A stretch of DNA of 15,835 nucleotides from a bacterium (lineage in GTDB: Bacteria > UBA8248): positions 1 through 15,835 of the forward strand of contig CBDBZY010000030.1 of assembly GCA_965213685.1 (NCBI GenBank), given 5' to 3'. Positions 1 to 8,136 of this stretch are shown piece after piece. The notes below the pieces were generated by a model. That model had not been told where the DNA came from. It searched no databases and worked only from the letters and a program-made list of their open reading frames with translations. The first letter of the stretch is position 1; every line of letters starts with the position of its first letter. The translations under genes and the position numbers were made by a program.

Positions 1-84
1 GCCGCCCTCGACGTCATCGCCCGAAGACGCCCGGCCGGCCTCCTGAACCCGGAGGTGCTGGAGAGGGCGGGCATCCAGGGCTAG
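1..84 (+). CDS. 3' end of a gene truncated by the window, probably a D-isomer-specific 2-hydroxyacid dehydrogenase
   Basis: Frame 1 reads AALDVIARRRPAGLLNPEVLERAGIQG* (TAG 82-84). The RP..LLNPEV ending is typical of this family, but only 27 aa are visible. Confidence 0.5.
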   Translation, partial: AALDVIARRRPAGLLNPEVLERAGIQG

Positions 85-165
85 GGGGGGGACCGCTTCC
101 CCCTGGCCGCCGCGCCCGCGGGGGTCTTCGGGTTCACCGCCGCCGCCGTCATCAGGGATGGACTC

Positions 166-1548
166 ATGCTGAAAACGACCATCAAGCTGTTCGCTCCCCT
201 CACCCTCTGCGTGCTCCTCCTCGCCGCCCCCCCCGCGCCCGCGCGGCCGACGCGCTGCGCGTTCCCTGGAACGTGACCGAGCACAGGATGAAAAACGGGA
301 TGCGCGCGCTGCTGTTGCCGGATCGCAGCGCCCCCATGGTGGTGTTCAAGGTCTGGTACGCCGTTGGCAGCCGGGATGAGCAACCGGGCCTCACGGGCAT
401 GGCCCATTTTCTCGAACACATGATGTTTCGCGGCACCCGGAAATACGGCCCCGGAAAATTCAACGCCACCATCAAGAAAAACGGCGGCTCGAGCAACGCG
501 TTCACCAGCTTCGACTACACGGCATACTTCGAGCGCATCGCCTCGGACAGGCTCGAGCTCGTCATCGCGCTCGAGGCCGACCGCATGGTGAACATGGTCC
601 TCGAAAAAGAGGGGTTCGACACGGAGAAGAAGGTGGTGCACGAGGAGAGGCGCACCCAAACCGACAGGCCGACGGGCAGGTTCTGGGAGCAGCTGCGCGC
701 CGTCGCCTACACGAACCACCCCTACAAAAACCCGATCGGCGGCTGGCCCGAGGACATAGAGGCCATCACCAATCCCGGACATGGAGGCGTTCTACAGGCG
801 CTACTACAGCCCCGAGAACGCCACCGCCGTCATCGTGGGCGATTTCCGGGTGGACGAGGCCATCGCGCTCCTCGAAAAGCATTTCGGCACCATTCCCCGA
901 TCCCCCTCCTTCCAGAAAAGGCCGGCGCTCTTCGAGTTCCCCCAGAAATCGGAGCGCCGGGTGCGCGTGCGCGCCGACGCGCAGCTTCCCTACGTGGCGA
1001 TTGGCTATCACGCCCCCAACTGGAAGAGCCCGGACGCGCCAGCCCTCGTCCTGCTCAAATCCATCCTGGGCGGGGGGAATACCTCGCGCTTTCACCAGAG
1101 GCTGGTGCGAAAAGACGCCATCGCGCTCGGGGCGGGCGCGAACTACACCTACCTGTCGGTGGACCCGATGATCTTCTACCTCTACGCGCGGCCCGTTCCG
1201 GGGAAGAAGGTCGCCGAGGTGGAGGGGGCGCTGCGCGAGGAGGTGCGAAAGCTCATCGAGGAGGGCGTGGGGGAGGAGGAGTTTCGCCGCGCGCTCCGCA
1301 ACATCGAGGCGAACACGATTTTCGCCATGGACTCGCATTTCTACCGCGCAATGCTCCTCGGCCAGGCGGCGGTGACGGGCGACTGGCGGCTGCTGAAAGG
1401 CTATCTGCCCGCCCTGCGGAAAGTGAAGCCCGCCGACGTCGTCCGCGTCGCCGAGAAATATCTGGGCCACCCGAACAGGACCACCGCCGTGCTCATCCCG
1501 CAGGAGGCGGGCGGACGCAAAACGGCCCGAAGCGGAGGAGGACGCTAA
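166..1548 (+). CDS. M16 (pitrilysin-family) zinc metallopeptidase, catalytic subunit with signal peptide; two apparent frameshifts
   Basis: ATG 166 gives the signal peptide MLKTTIKLFAPLTLCVLLLAAPP. A frame change at ~227-246 leads into ORF 273, which has VGSRDE..G.TGMAHFLEH (HxxEH), NAFTSFDYTAY and EKKVVHEERR. A second change at ~771 leads into ORF 781..1548 (MEAFYRRYYSPENATAVIVGD, M16 C-domain). Confidence 0.85.
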
Positions 1549-1549
1549 C

Positions 1550-2885
1550 ATGAGGCCAGGACGCATTTGCTGCTGGACGCTGGCCGTCGCGGCGCTCCTC
1601 CCCCCCGCGCTCTCCCGCGCCTCCGCCCTCAGCTACGACCGCGCGGAGCTGCCGGGCGGTGCGGTGCTGCTCGTGAAAGAAAACAGGCAGTTGCCCATGG
1701 TGCGGATCACCGTCTCGATTCCGGCGGGCGCGCGCCACGAGGCGCCCGAGCGGGCGGGGCTTGCGAACCTCACCGCCGCCCTGCTCCTCCGGGGGACAAA
1801 GACGAGAAGCGCACTCGAGGTCGAACGGATGAACGACTCCCTGGGCGGGGGCGTGGGCGTCGAAGGCGGACGGACGCGGGCGAAGGCCTCGCTCCGCTTG
1901 CTCACCCGGGATTTGGACGCGGGCGTCTCCCTGCTGGGCGACGTGCTCCGAAACCCCACCTTCCCGGCCGGGGAGATTGCGAAGACGAAGCGGCGCATCC
2001 TGGGCGCGCTGCGCCAGCGACGCGAGCGCCCCGCCCATCTCGCGGACAGGGCGTTCAGAGAGAGCCTATACGGCGAGACGCCCTTTGGCCGCATGGCGAA
2101 GGGAACGGAGGAGTCGCTCCGGAAGCTGGGGAGGGACGACGTCGTCCGCTTCCACAAGAAATGGTATGGCTTGCGGGGTGCGGTATTCGTCTTCACGGGC
2201 GACGTCTCCCTCTCGCGGGCGCGAGCGCTCGTCCTCTCCCGCTTCAGGGGCTGGCGGGCGGGCGGGGGAGAACTCCCCGAGGCGGCGACGCCCGAGGCAC
2301 CCGCGCAAGATGCGGGTCATCCGGATCGACCGTCCCCTCTCCCAGTCCACGGTGATTCTGGGCAACCGCTCGCTCCGACGGACGCACCCGGACTTCTACG
2401 CCGCGCGCGTGATGAACCACATTCTGGGCGGGGACTCCTTGCTCAGCAGAATCGGGAACAACCTGCGGCACAAGAGAGGCCTCGTCTATGCCGCCTACAG
2501 CTATTTCGCGTCCAGCCGGCATTCCGGCCACTGGCGGCTCGCGCTTCAGACGAAGAACAAGAGCGCGAACGCGGCCATCGGCGAGACGCTCCGGGAGATA
2601 AAGCGCATCCAGGCCCAAGGGGTGAGCGACGCGGAGCTGCGCGACGCCAAGGACATCATCACCGGAAACTTCGCCACGCGCTTCGGCTCCTCCAACCGCA
2701 TCTCGAAATACATGCTGGCGGTGGAGCTGCTGGGCTTCTCCCCCGGCTACGCGGAGGAATACCTGAAAAAGATTCGCGCCGTCACGAAGGCGCAAGTCCT
2801 CGCGGCGGCGAAAAAATACATTCGCCTGGGGGAGGCCTCCCTCGTGGTGGTGGGAAATCTCGCCGAGGCGAAAATATCCTATTGA
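1550..2885 (+). CDS. M16 peptidase non-catalytic partner subunit with signal peptide; one apparent frameshift
   Basis: Signal peptide, then GLANLTAALLLRGT with no HxxEH. The frame changes at ~2300-2302 (PEAP to RKMRVIRIDRPLSQS) into ORF 1977..2885, which has NHILGG..SRI..NLRHKRGLVY (the R-Y pair of partner subunits). Starts 1 nt after the upstream stop. Confidence 0.85.
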
Positions 2886-2900
2886 TCCGCTGCGGGAGGG

Positions 2901-3311
2901 GTGAAGGTGAAGCGCGAGACAGTATCCCCCGAGGGGCTGGCCAGGCCGGCCGGACATTTCTCGCACGGGGTGATCGCTGCGGGCGGTCGAACGCTCTATG
3001 TGGCGGGGCAAACGCCCCTGGACGAGAACGGAAGGATCGTCTGTCCGGGAGATCCCGAGGGACAGGCGCGCCAGTGCTACCGCAACATGCGGAAGGTGGT
3101 GGAAGCGGCGGGCGGGCGCATGGAGGACGTCGGCAAGATTCAGGTCTTCGTCACGAGCCTCGACTACAGGCGCGCCGTCGGGAAGGTGCGGGCCGAGTTC
3201 TTTCCCGACGCTCCGCCCGCCAGCACGTTTCTGGTGGTCTCCAGCCTGGCCGAACCTGATTTTCTGGTCGAGGTCGAGGCCATCGTCCCGCTCCCCGGAG
3301 AAGACCGGTGA
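2901..3311 (+). CDS. Rid/YjgF/UK114 family protein
   Basis: FSHGV, LYVAGQTP, QARQCYRN, PPASTFLVVSSLAEPDFLVEVEAI; GGGAGG immediately upstream of the GTG start. Confidence 0.9.
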   Translation: MKVKRETVSPEGLARPAGHFSHGVIAAGGRTLYVAGQTPLDENGRIVCPGDPEGQARQCYRNMRKVVEAAGGRMEDVGKIQVFVTSLDYRRAVGKVRAEFFPDAPPASTFLVVSSLAEPDFLVEVEAIVPLPGEDR

Positions 3312-3703
3312 ACCCTCTCCACCTCCTGCGCTGGCTCCTCGCACTGGGCTATGCGGCGGCGATTCACCTCAAGACCGCCACGGGCGCGCTCAATCCCTCC
3401 TCGCCCCTTCCCTACGAGACGGACAAAATCGTGCACGCCTGCGAATTCGGGCTCCTCGCCTGGCTGCTCTGGCGGCCCTGCCGGAAGACGTTCACGAATC
3501 AGGACAGAGGGGAAACCTGCGCCCTCATCTTCGCCTTCGCCGCCCTGAACGCCGCCGCCGATGAGTTACACCAGCTTCTCATCCCCGGTCGCTCCGCCGC
3601 ATGGGGCGACTTCGCGGCGGACTGCGCGGGCGCTGGAATCGCCCTTGCGTGTTGCCTGTTCATGGAAAAGGCGAGACCTCGCGCGGCGGTGGCGAAATCA
3701 TAG
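3308..3703 (+). CDS. vanZ: VanZ family membrane protein
   Basis: DKIVHACEFGLL and DELHQLLIPGRSAAWGDFAAD motifs, hydrophobic segments, GTGA overlap with the upstream stop. Confidence 0.85.
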   Translation: MNPLHLLRWLLALGYAAAIHLKTATGALNPSSPLPYETDKIVHACEFGLLAWLLWRPCRKTFTNQDRGETCALIFAFAALNAAADELHQLLIPGRSAAWGDFAADCAGAGIALACCLFMEKARPRAAVAKS

Positions 3704-3713
3704 GAGCCTGCCC

Positions 3714-4163
3714 ATGGCCAGCATCCGGGACGCACTCGCCCAAGACATGAAAGCCGCCATGCGCGCGAAGGAGTCCCTCCGGCTCTCCGCCATACGCATG
3801 GTGCGCGCCGAGATACTGCACAAGGACAAGGAGAACGGCGAGGAAACATCGCCGGAGGAGATTCTCCGGATACTCCAAAGTATGATAAACAAGCGAGAGG
3901 AAGCCGCAGCCCAGTACGCAGCGGCCGGACGCGAGGACATAGCGCAGAAGGAGCGCGATGAGATTCGCGTCATCCAGGCCTATCTGCCCGCCCAGATGGA
4001 CGATGCGGAAATTCGGGCCGCCGCCCGGGCGGCCATTCACCAGACGGGGGCCTCCTCGATGAAGGACATGGGGAGGGTCATGGGAATCTTAACGAAAACA
4101 CTGGCCGGGCGCGCCTCGGGCGCCCGCGTTTCCCAGGCGGTCAAGGATCTCTTGGGCGCATGA
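3714..4163 (+). CDS. yqeY: GatB/YqeY domain protein
   Basis: AGGAG at 3702-3706 before ATG 3714. DMKAAMRAKE..RLSAIRM, YLPAQM and SMKDMGRVMG motifs. The ORF-track start at 3561 is an over-extension. Confidence 0.92.
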   Translation: MASIRDALAQDMKAAMRAKESLRLSAIRMVRAEILHKDKENGEETSPEEILRILQSMINKREEAAAQYAAAGREDIAQKERDEIRVIQAYLPAQMDDAEIRAAARAAIHQTGASSMKDMGRVMGILTKTLAGRASGARVSQAVKDLLGA

Positions 4164-4185
4164 AACTATCGGAGGATTTCTCCAG

Positions 4186-4581
4186 ATGACGAAACCGGCC
4201 TATCGCTTGGAGGATGTCGCCACGGCGTACCAATGCGAGCCAGAGCAGGAGGAGATCATCTCCGCCCTGGCCGAGCGCGACTACCGCGTCTTCGAGGTCG
4301 AGCAGCCCGCCGGCGCTTTCGTGCCCTATCACACGCACCGGGAGGAAGAGGCCGTTATCGTCGTCGAAGGACAGATGCAGTTCAACGTGGAGGAAGAACT
4401 CGTCCTTGTCCAGACGGGCGAGGTCATCACCATCCGCGAGGAGGCGATTCACAGCGCAGCCCAGGTGGGAGACGAGAAAGCCAGGCTCCTGCTCGCCTTT
4501 CCCAACGACGGAGACGATCCGCCGGTCATCGACCTTGACTGGGAGGGCGACGAGGAGGAGGAGGACATCGGCTACGCCTGA
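4186..4581 (+). CDS. Cupin domain protein with acidic C-terminal tail
   Basis: Cupin motif 1 (PYHTHREEE..IVVEG) and motif 2 (GEVITIREEAIHS); GGAGG SD at 4171-4175. Confidence 0.85.
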   Translation: MTKPAYRLEDVATAYQCEPEQEEIISALAERDYRVFEVEQPAGAFVPYHTHREEEAVIVVEGQMQFNVEEELVLVQTGEVITIREEAIHSAAQVGDEKARLLLAFPNDGDDPPVIDLDWEGDEEEEDIGYA

Positions 4582-5020
4582 GTCATACTACTTCGCCTAC
4601 GGGGCGAACCTGCACGCCGCGCAGATGAAATCCCGCTGCCCCCGCAGCGTCCCCGTTGCCCCCGCGCTCCTGGAGGGCTACCGTCTCGCCATCGCCCTGC
4701 CCGCCGATGCGCCGGCGGGCGAGACCGGCTGGGCGACCGTGACGCGGCAAGAGGGGGCGCGCGTCCCCGGTGCGCTGTTTCGCCTGCACGCCGACGATCT
4801 GGCGGCACTGGATCGATTCGAGGATTTTCCCACGCTCTACCGCCGTGAACGCCTGAAAGTATCCACGGCGACCGGTGCCGCCCACGCGATGCTCTACATC
4901 ATGCGCACACCCCTGAGGGCGGCGCGGCCGACAGCGGGATACGCCGCGACCATCCAGGAAGGATACCGGAACTTCGGCCTGCCGACGGCGGCACTGGAGA
5001 GGGTTCTTCAGGGAGGTTGA
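4574..5020 (+). CDS. Gamma-glutamylcyclotransferase (GGCT/AIG2-like) family protein; start uncertain
   Basis: YYFAYGANL, GWATV, VPGALF, LDRFED..P.LYRR, P...Y...I.EGY..FGLP. No ATG/GTG near the domain start; in-frame ACG at 4574 behind a strong SD, or TTG at 4535. Confidence 0.8.
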   Translation, partial: TPESYYFAYGANLHAAQMKSRCPRSVPVAPALLEGYRLAIALPADAPAGETGWATVTRQEGARVPGALFRLHADDLAALDRFEDFPTLYRRERLKVSTATGAAHAMLYIMRTPLRAARPTAGYAATIQEGYRNFGLPTAALERVLQGG

Positions 5021-5188
5021 AGCCGCGCGCACCGAGAAGGCACTCAAAGCGGCCGATCAAGCCTGCGATGCGGAGAATCCCGGCATGGCCGCCGAGAGGG
5101 GACGAAGCAATCCGGGGAGCGCAGCGTCAGACGAACCAGAATGTATGTCCGCCCTCCCCCCGCCGAAAAAACATCCGGACCAAGCCCC

Positions 5189-5300
5189 CTGGAAATCTCC
5201 TTTCGCCCGGAGAAACGGCACCCGCCCGGAGGATATGGAATACATTCTCGGGCTGATGAGCTAGAAATCTCCCTGCGCCTGGAGAAACGGCACCAGCCCG
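5189..5300. repeat. Degenerate 40-bp direct repeat, two copies with a 72-bp period; the second copy is the 3' end of leuD
   Basis: 5189-5228 ctggaaatctcctttcgcccggagaaacggcacccgcccg versus 5261-5300 ctagaaatctccctgcgcctggagaaacggcaccagcccg, 35/40 identical. Confidence 0.85.
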
Positions 5301-5740
5301 CCCGCTTCGAGCATCGCCCACAGGCCGTCGGGGAACGGGGGAAAGGAAATGACCTCATCGCCGACGCGGGCCTCTCCCGCCATCGGGTCCACCAGGATGT
5401 CGTCGCCCGCGCGGATCGCCCCGGTGTCGCACGCGATGGCCGGAAGTCCCGAGTTAATCGCGTTTCGATAAAACATGTGCCCGAAGCTCTTGGCCAGGAC
5501 GCAGCGCACGCCCAGCTCCCGGAGGACGACGGCGGCGTCCTGCCGGCTGCTGATGAGGCCGAAATTCTCCCCCGCCGCCACCACGTCGCCCGCCTTCACG
5601 TTTCGGGAAAAATCCGGGTCGAGCTCCCGGAACGCATCGCGCTTGAGCTGCGCCATCGAGGTGCCGGGCGGACGGTATTTCACCGACAGATGCACGTCCG
5701 TGCTGATGTCGTCGCCAAAGCGGTGCACCTTCCCCCGCAT
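5261..5740 (-). CDS. leuD: 3-isopropylmalate dehydratase/homoaconitase-family small subunit (LeuD/HacB-like)
   Basis: MRGKVHRFGDDISTD, GDVVAAGENFGLISSRQDA, AKSFGHMFYRNAINSGLP, MLEAGGLV; ATG at 5740. Substrate not certain. Confidence 0.88.
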   Translation of the reverse strand: MRGKVHRFGDDISTDVHLSVKYRPPGTSMAQLKRDAFRELDPDFSRNVKAGDVVAAGENFGLISSRQDAAVVLRELGVRCVLAKSFGHMFYRNAINSGLPAIACDTGAIRAGDDILVDPMAGEARVGDEVISFPPFPDGLWAMLEAGGLVPFLQAQGDF

Positions 5741-5814
5741 CGCCAAAACACGCCCTCCCCGCTGGATACGTCCCGCCCTTCGGAGCACAAGCGACGCCCC
5801 GCCGCCTGCGCCGG

Positions 5815-7071
5815 CTACAGAAATTCCCTGGGGTCCGTGATGCGCCCCGTCAGCGCACTCGCCGCCACCGTGGCCGGCGACCCCAGAAATATCTCGGCCT
5901 CCTTGCTGCCCAGCCTCCCCGGGAAGTTCCGGTTGGCGGAAGAGATGGCGCGCTCCCCATCGGCCAGGCAGCCGTTGCCCGTCATCGAGGCGCACGGGCC
6001 GCAGGCGGCCGTGAGCACGGCGGCGCCCGCCGCGGCCAAATCCGCGATAGCCCCGCTGGCGGCGGCCGCCTCGTATATTCTCCTGCTTGTGGGAGCGACG
6101 TAGAAGCGCACGCCCGGCGCGATTCTCCTGCCCCGAACGACGCGCGCCGCGATTTCGATATCCTCCAGCCGCCCGTTCGTGCACGTGCCCACGAACGCCT
6201 GCTGCACCGGAAGGCCGGCGTAGGCGTCGACGGGATGTGCGTTCCCCGTGGCGGGCGGGGCCGCCACGACGGGCGTGAGCGCGGAGATGTCGAGATGAAT
6301 CCGCCGCGCATAGGCGGCGTCCGGGTCCGGCGCTACGGGCGCTTCGCACCGCGCGCCATGCGACCGCGCCCAGGCGAGCGTTTTCTCGTCCGCCTCCATG
6401 ATGCCGGTCTTCGCCCCCATGTCGACCGACATGTTGGCGATGGTGAAGCGCGCGTCCATCGACAATCCGGCCAGGGCCGGCCCGCCGTATTCCACCGCCA
6501 TGTAATTCGCCCCGTTCTCGCCCATCTCCCTCGCCAGGGTCAACTCCATGTCCTTCGAGAACACCCCGCGCGCGAGCGCGCCCGCAAACTCCACGCGAAC
6601 GCTCTCGGGCGCCTTGAACCAGAGTTTTCCGGTGGCGTAGGCGGAGGCGATCTCCACGCTCTCCACGGCCACGCCCATCGCGCCCAGCGCCCCGTAGGTG
6701 CAGACGTGGCTGTCGCCGCCCACGACGAGGTCGCCCGGGCCGACGCGCCCCTCCTCCGTCACCACGGTATGGCAGACGCCCGCGCCCGGCTCAAAAACGC
6801 GGATACCGAATTCGGCGCCGAACTCCCGGAGCTTCTTGTGGTGGTTCGCCCAGAGAACGTCCTGGGCCGGCACGAAATGATCGATGACGAAATCCGTCTT
6901 CTCCGGGTCCATCCGGAACGCGAAGCCCGCCTCCCGGAATATGTCAATCGCCTTGGGCCCCTTGGCGTCGCCCGCCATGACGTAATCCAGCGCGGCGATC
7001 ACCAGCTCGCCCGCCCTCACCTTCCGCCCCGAGCGGGCGGAGAGAATTTTTTCCGCCATCGTCTGGCCCAA
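5815..7071 (-). CDS. leuC: 3-isopropylmalate dehydratase/homoaconitase-family large subunit (short LeuC/HacA type, [4Fe-4S])
   Basis: TTG at 7071 with GGGGAG 7 nt upstream gives MGQTMAEKIL. IDHFVP, GVCH, GDSHVCTYGA, CTNGRLED, CGPC, NRNFPGRLG and SPATVAASA motifs. Confidence 0.9.
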   Translation of the reverse strand: MGQTMAEKILSARSGRKVRAGELVIAALDYVMAGDAKGPKAIDIFREAGFAFRMDPEKTDFVIDHFVPAQDVLWANHHKKLREFGAEFGIRVFEPGAGVCHTVVTEEGRVGPGDLVVGGDSHVCTYGALGAMGVAVESVEIASAYATGKLWFKAPESVRVEFAGALARGVFSKDMELTLAREMGENGANYMAVEYGGPALAGLSMDARFTIANMSVDMGAKTGIMEADEKTLAWARSHGARCEAPVAPDPDAAYARRIHLDISALTPVVAAPPATGNAHPVDAYAGLPVQQAFVGTCTNGRLEDIEIAARVVRGRRIAPGVRFYVAPTSRRIYEAAAASGAIADLAAAGAAVLTAACGPCASMTGNGCLADGERAISSANRNFPGRLGSKEAEIFLGSPATVAASALTGRITDPREFL

Positions 7072-7272
7072 GATTTTACTCCCCCGCTTCATCGGAAAGG
7101 GAAAGTGCGACCCCCGCCTGTATACACCAAAACCCGCAAGGACGGAATATGGGGTGCGGCGCGGCTTCCGACGCTGGAGCGACGCGCACCCGAATCGGAT
7201 GCGGATGTAAAAACGCCTCCGCCTGTGTCATCCTTCACGGACGGGCCGGGCGGGGAGGAGGGACCGGGAATC

Positions 7273-7911
7273 TTGAGAGCGCATCGGCCCATCCTGCTTG
7301 CCCTGCCCCTCCTCATGCTCGTGGCGGGCTGCGGCCAGCGGCAGATAGTGCGGGGCGCGCCGGTGCGAATCCAGAAAAGATTGCTGGCTCCGATCTCCAT
7401 CGGCTACCGGCTCGCGCGCCAGGGGCCGGGCCGGGTGGTGCTGCGCCGCACGGCGCTTTGTCCCTATCAGGAGAGAAAGGTGTATCAGAAGGTGGAACTG
7501 CGGCGGGAATCTCCCGCCATCGTGGGGGCGCGGGGCGTGGGCTGCGCGCTGCGGATCGTGGGCGAGGCGTTCGAGAATCTGGCGGGGCAGAGAACGGGCG
7601 ACGTCACCAACTGCAAGGGGGAGAGCCGCACCGACAGGCGCGAGCGCGCGGGGCGCATCATCGGCGAATGGAAGACGCTTCGCGCGCAGGCCTGCGGCGA
7701 GATGACGCCGCTCCCAGGCGGCGGCGCGCTCCGCGTGCGATTCCTCCAAACCGGAACGACGAAAGAATATGCGCTGGGCCCGAACGGCGTCCTGGAGTTT
7801 CCCCCGAAAGACCTCGCCGAACTCAGGCTCTATCTCACCATACTAAAAGGCGTGGACCTGTATCTGCGGTTTCAGGACAAGACCTGGCGGCAGCGGGTAG
7901 ACCTGGAATAA
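7273..7911 (+). CDS. Hypothetical lipoprotein
   Basis: GGAGGAGG SD then TTG 7273. MRAHRPILLALPLLMLVAG|C is a lipoprotein signal with lipobox; GC3-rich codons; four further Cys. Confidence 0.7.
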   Translation: MRAHRPILLALPLLMLVAGCGQRQIVRGAPVRIQKRLLAPISIGYRLARQGPGRVVLRRTALCPYQERKVYQKVELRRESPAIVGARGVGCALRIVGEAFENLAGQRTGDVTNCKGESRTDRRERAGRIIGEWKTLRAQACGEMTPLPGGGALRVRFLQTGTTKEYALGPNGVLEFPPKDLAELRLYLTILKGVDLYLRFQDKTWRQRVDLE

Positions 7912-7952
7912 AGGCGCGCGCGCGCATCGCCCCGGCAAGCGCCCCGACCGCC

Positions 7953-8079
7953 ATCGCCCACGTTCGGGCGCCTCTCCTCGCGGTTCAGTTCGATTTGCGG
8001 AGGATTTTTCGCCTCATCCAGCCCGCCACGCCCCGCACGACCGCGAGGAGGAGCATGCCGCTCGGTCACGTGGGACAAT
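7953..8079. other. Long imperfect intergenic hairpin between convergent genes
   Basis: Nested stems: cccacgt 7957-7963 / acgtggg 8068-8074; tcgggcg 7964-7970 / cgctcgg 8059-8065; perfect 11-bp ctcctcgcggt 7974-7984 / accgcgaggag 8040-8050. Confidence 0.65.
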
Positions 8080-8136
8080 CCCTTTGTTGCGGCGGCGCCT
8101 GGTTTTTCGCGTCCGCCGCCCCGGACGTGCGGGTAT

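Noticed and set aside
87-103. Intrinsic terminator GGGGGA-ccgct-TCCCCC
   Set aside because: No U-tract follows the hairpin and the stem is low-complexity.
783-3259. C-terminal tails of ORFs 273..1553 and 1550..3259 as novel domains, or programmed frameshifting
   Set aside because: The tails are Arg/Gly/Pro-rich off-frame readings and the M16 motifs continue in other frames; no slippery heptamer seen at the junctions.
3308-3703. Glycopeptide resistance cluster
   Set aside because: A lone VanZ-family gene with no vanHAX or vanRS; such genes are widespread.
5189-5300. CRISPR array (repeat of ~37-40 bp at a 72-bp period)
   Set aside because: Only two imperfect copies, one of which is leuD coding sequence; no third unit, leader or cas gene.
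5741-6349. N-terminal extension of LeuD in ORF 5261..6349
   Set aside because: It overlaps leuC in another frame; LeuD homology starts at ATG 5740.
6235-7272. 558-aa protein from ORF 6235..7911
   Set aside because: The first part is the antisense shadow of leuC; the SD and lipoprotein signal place the start at 7273.
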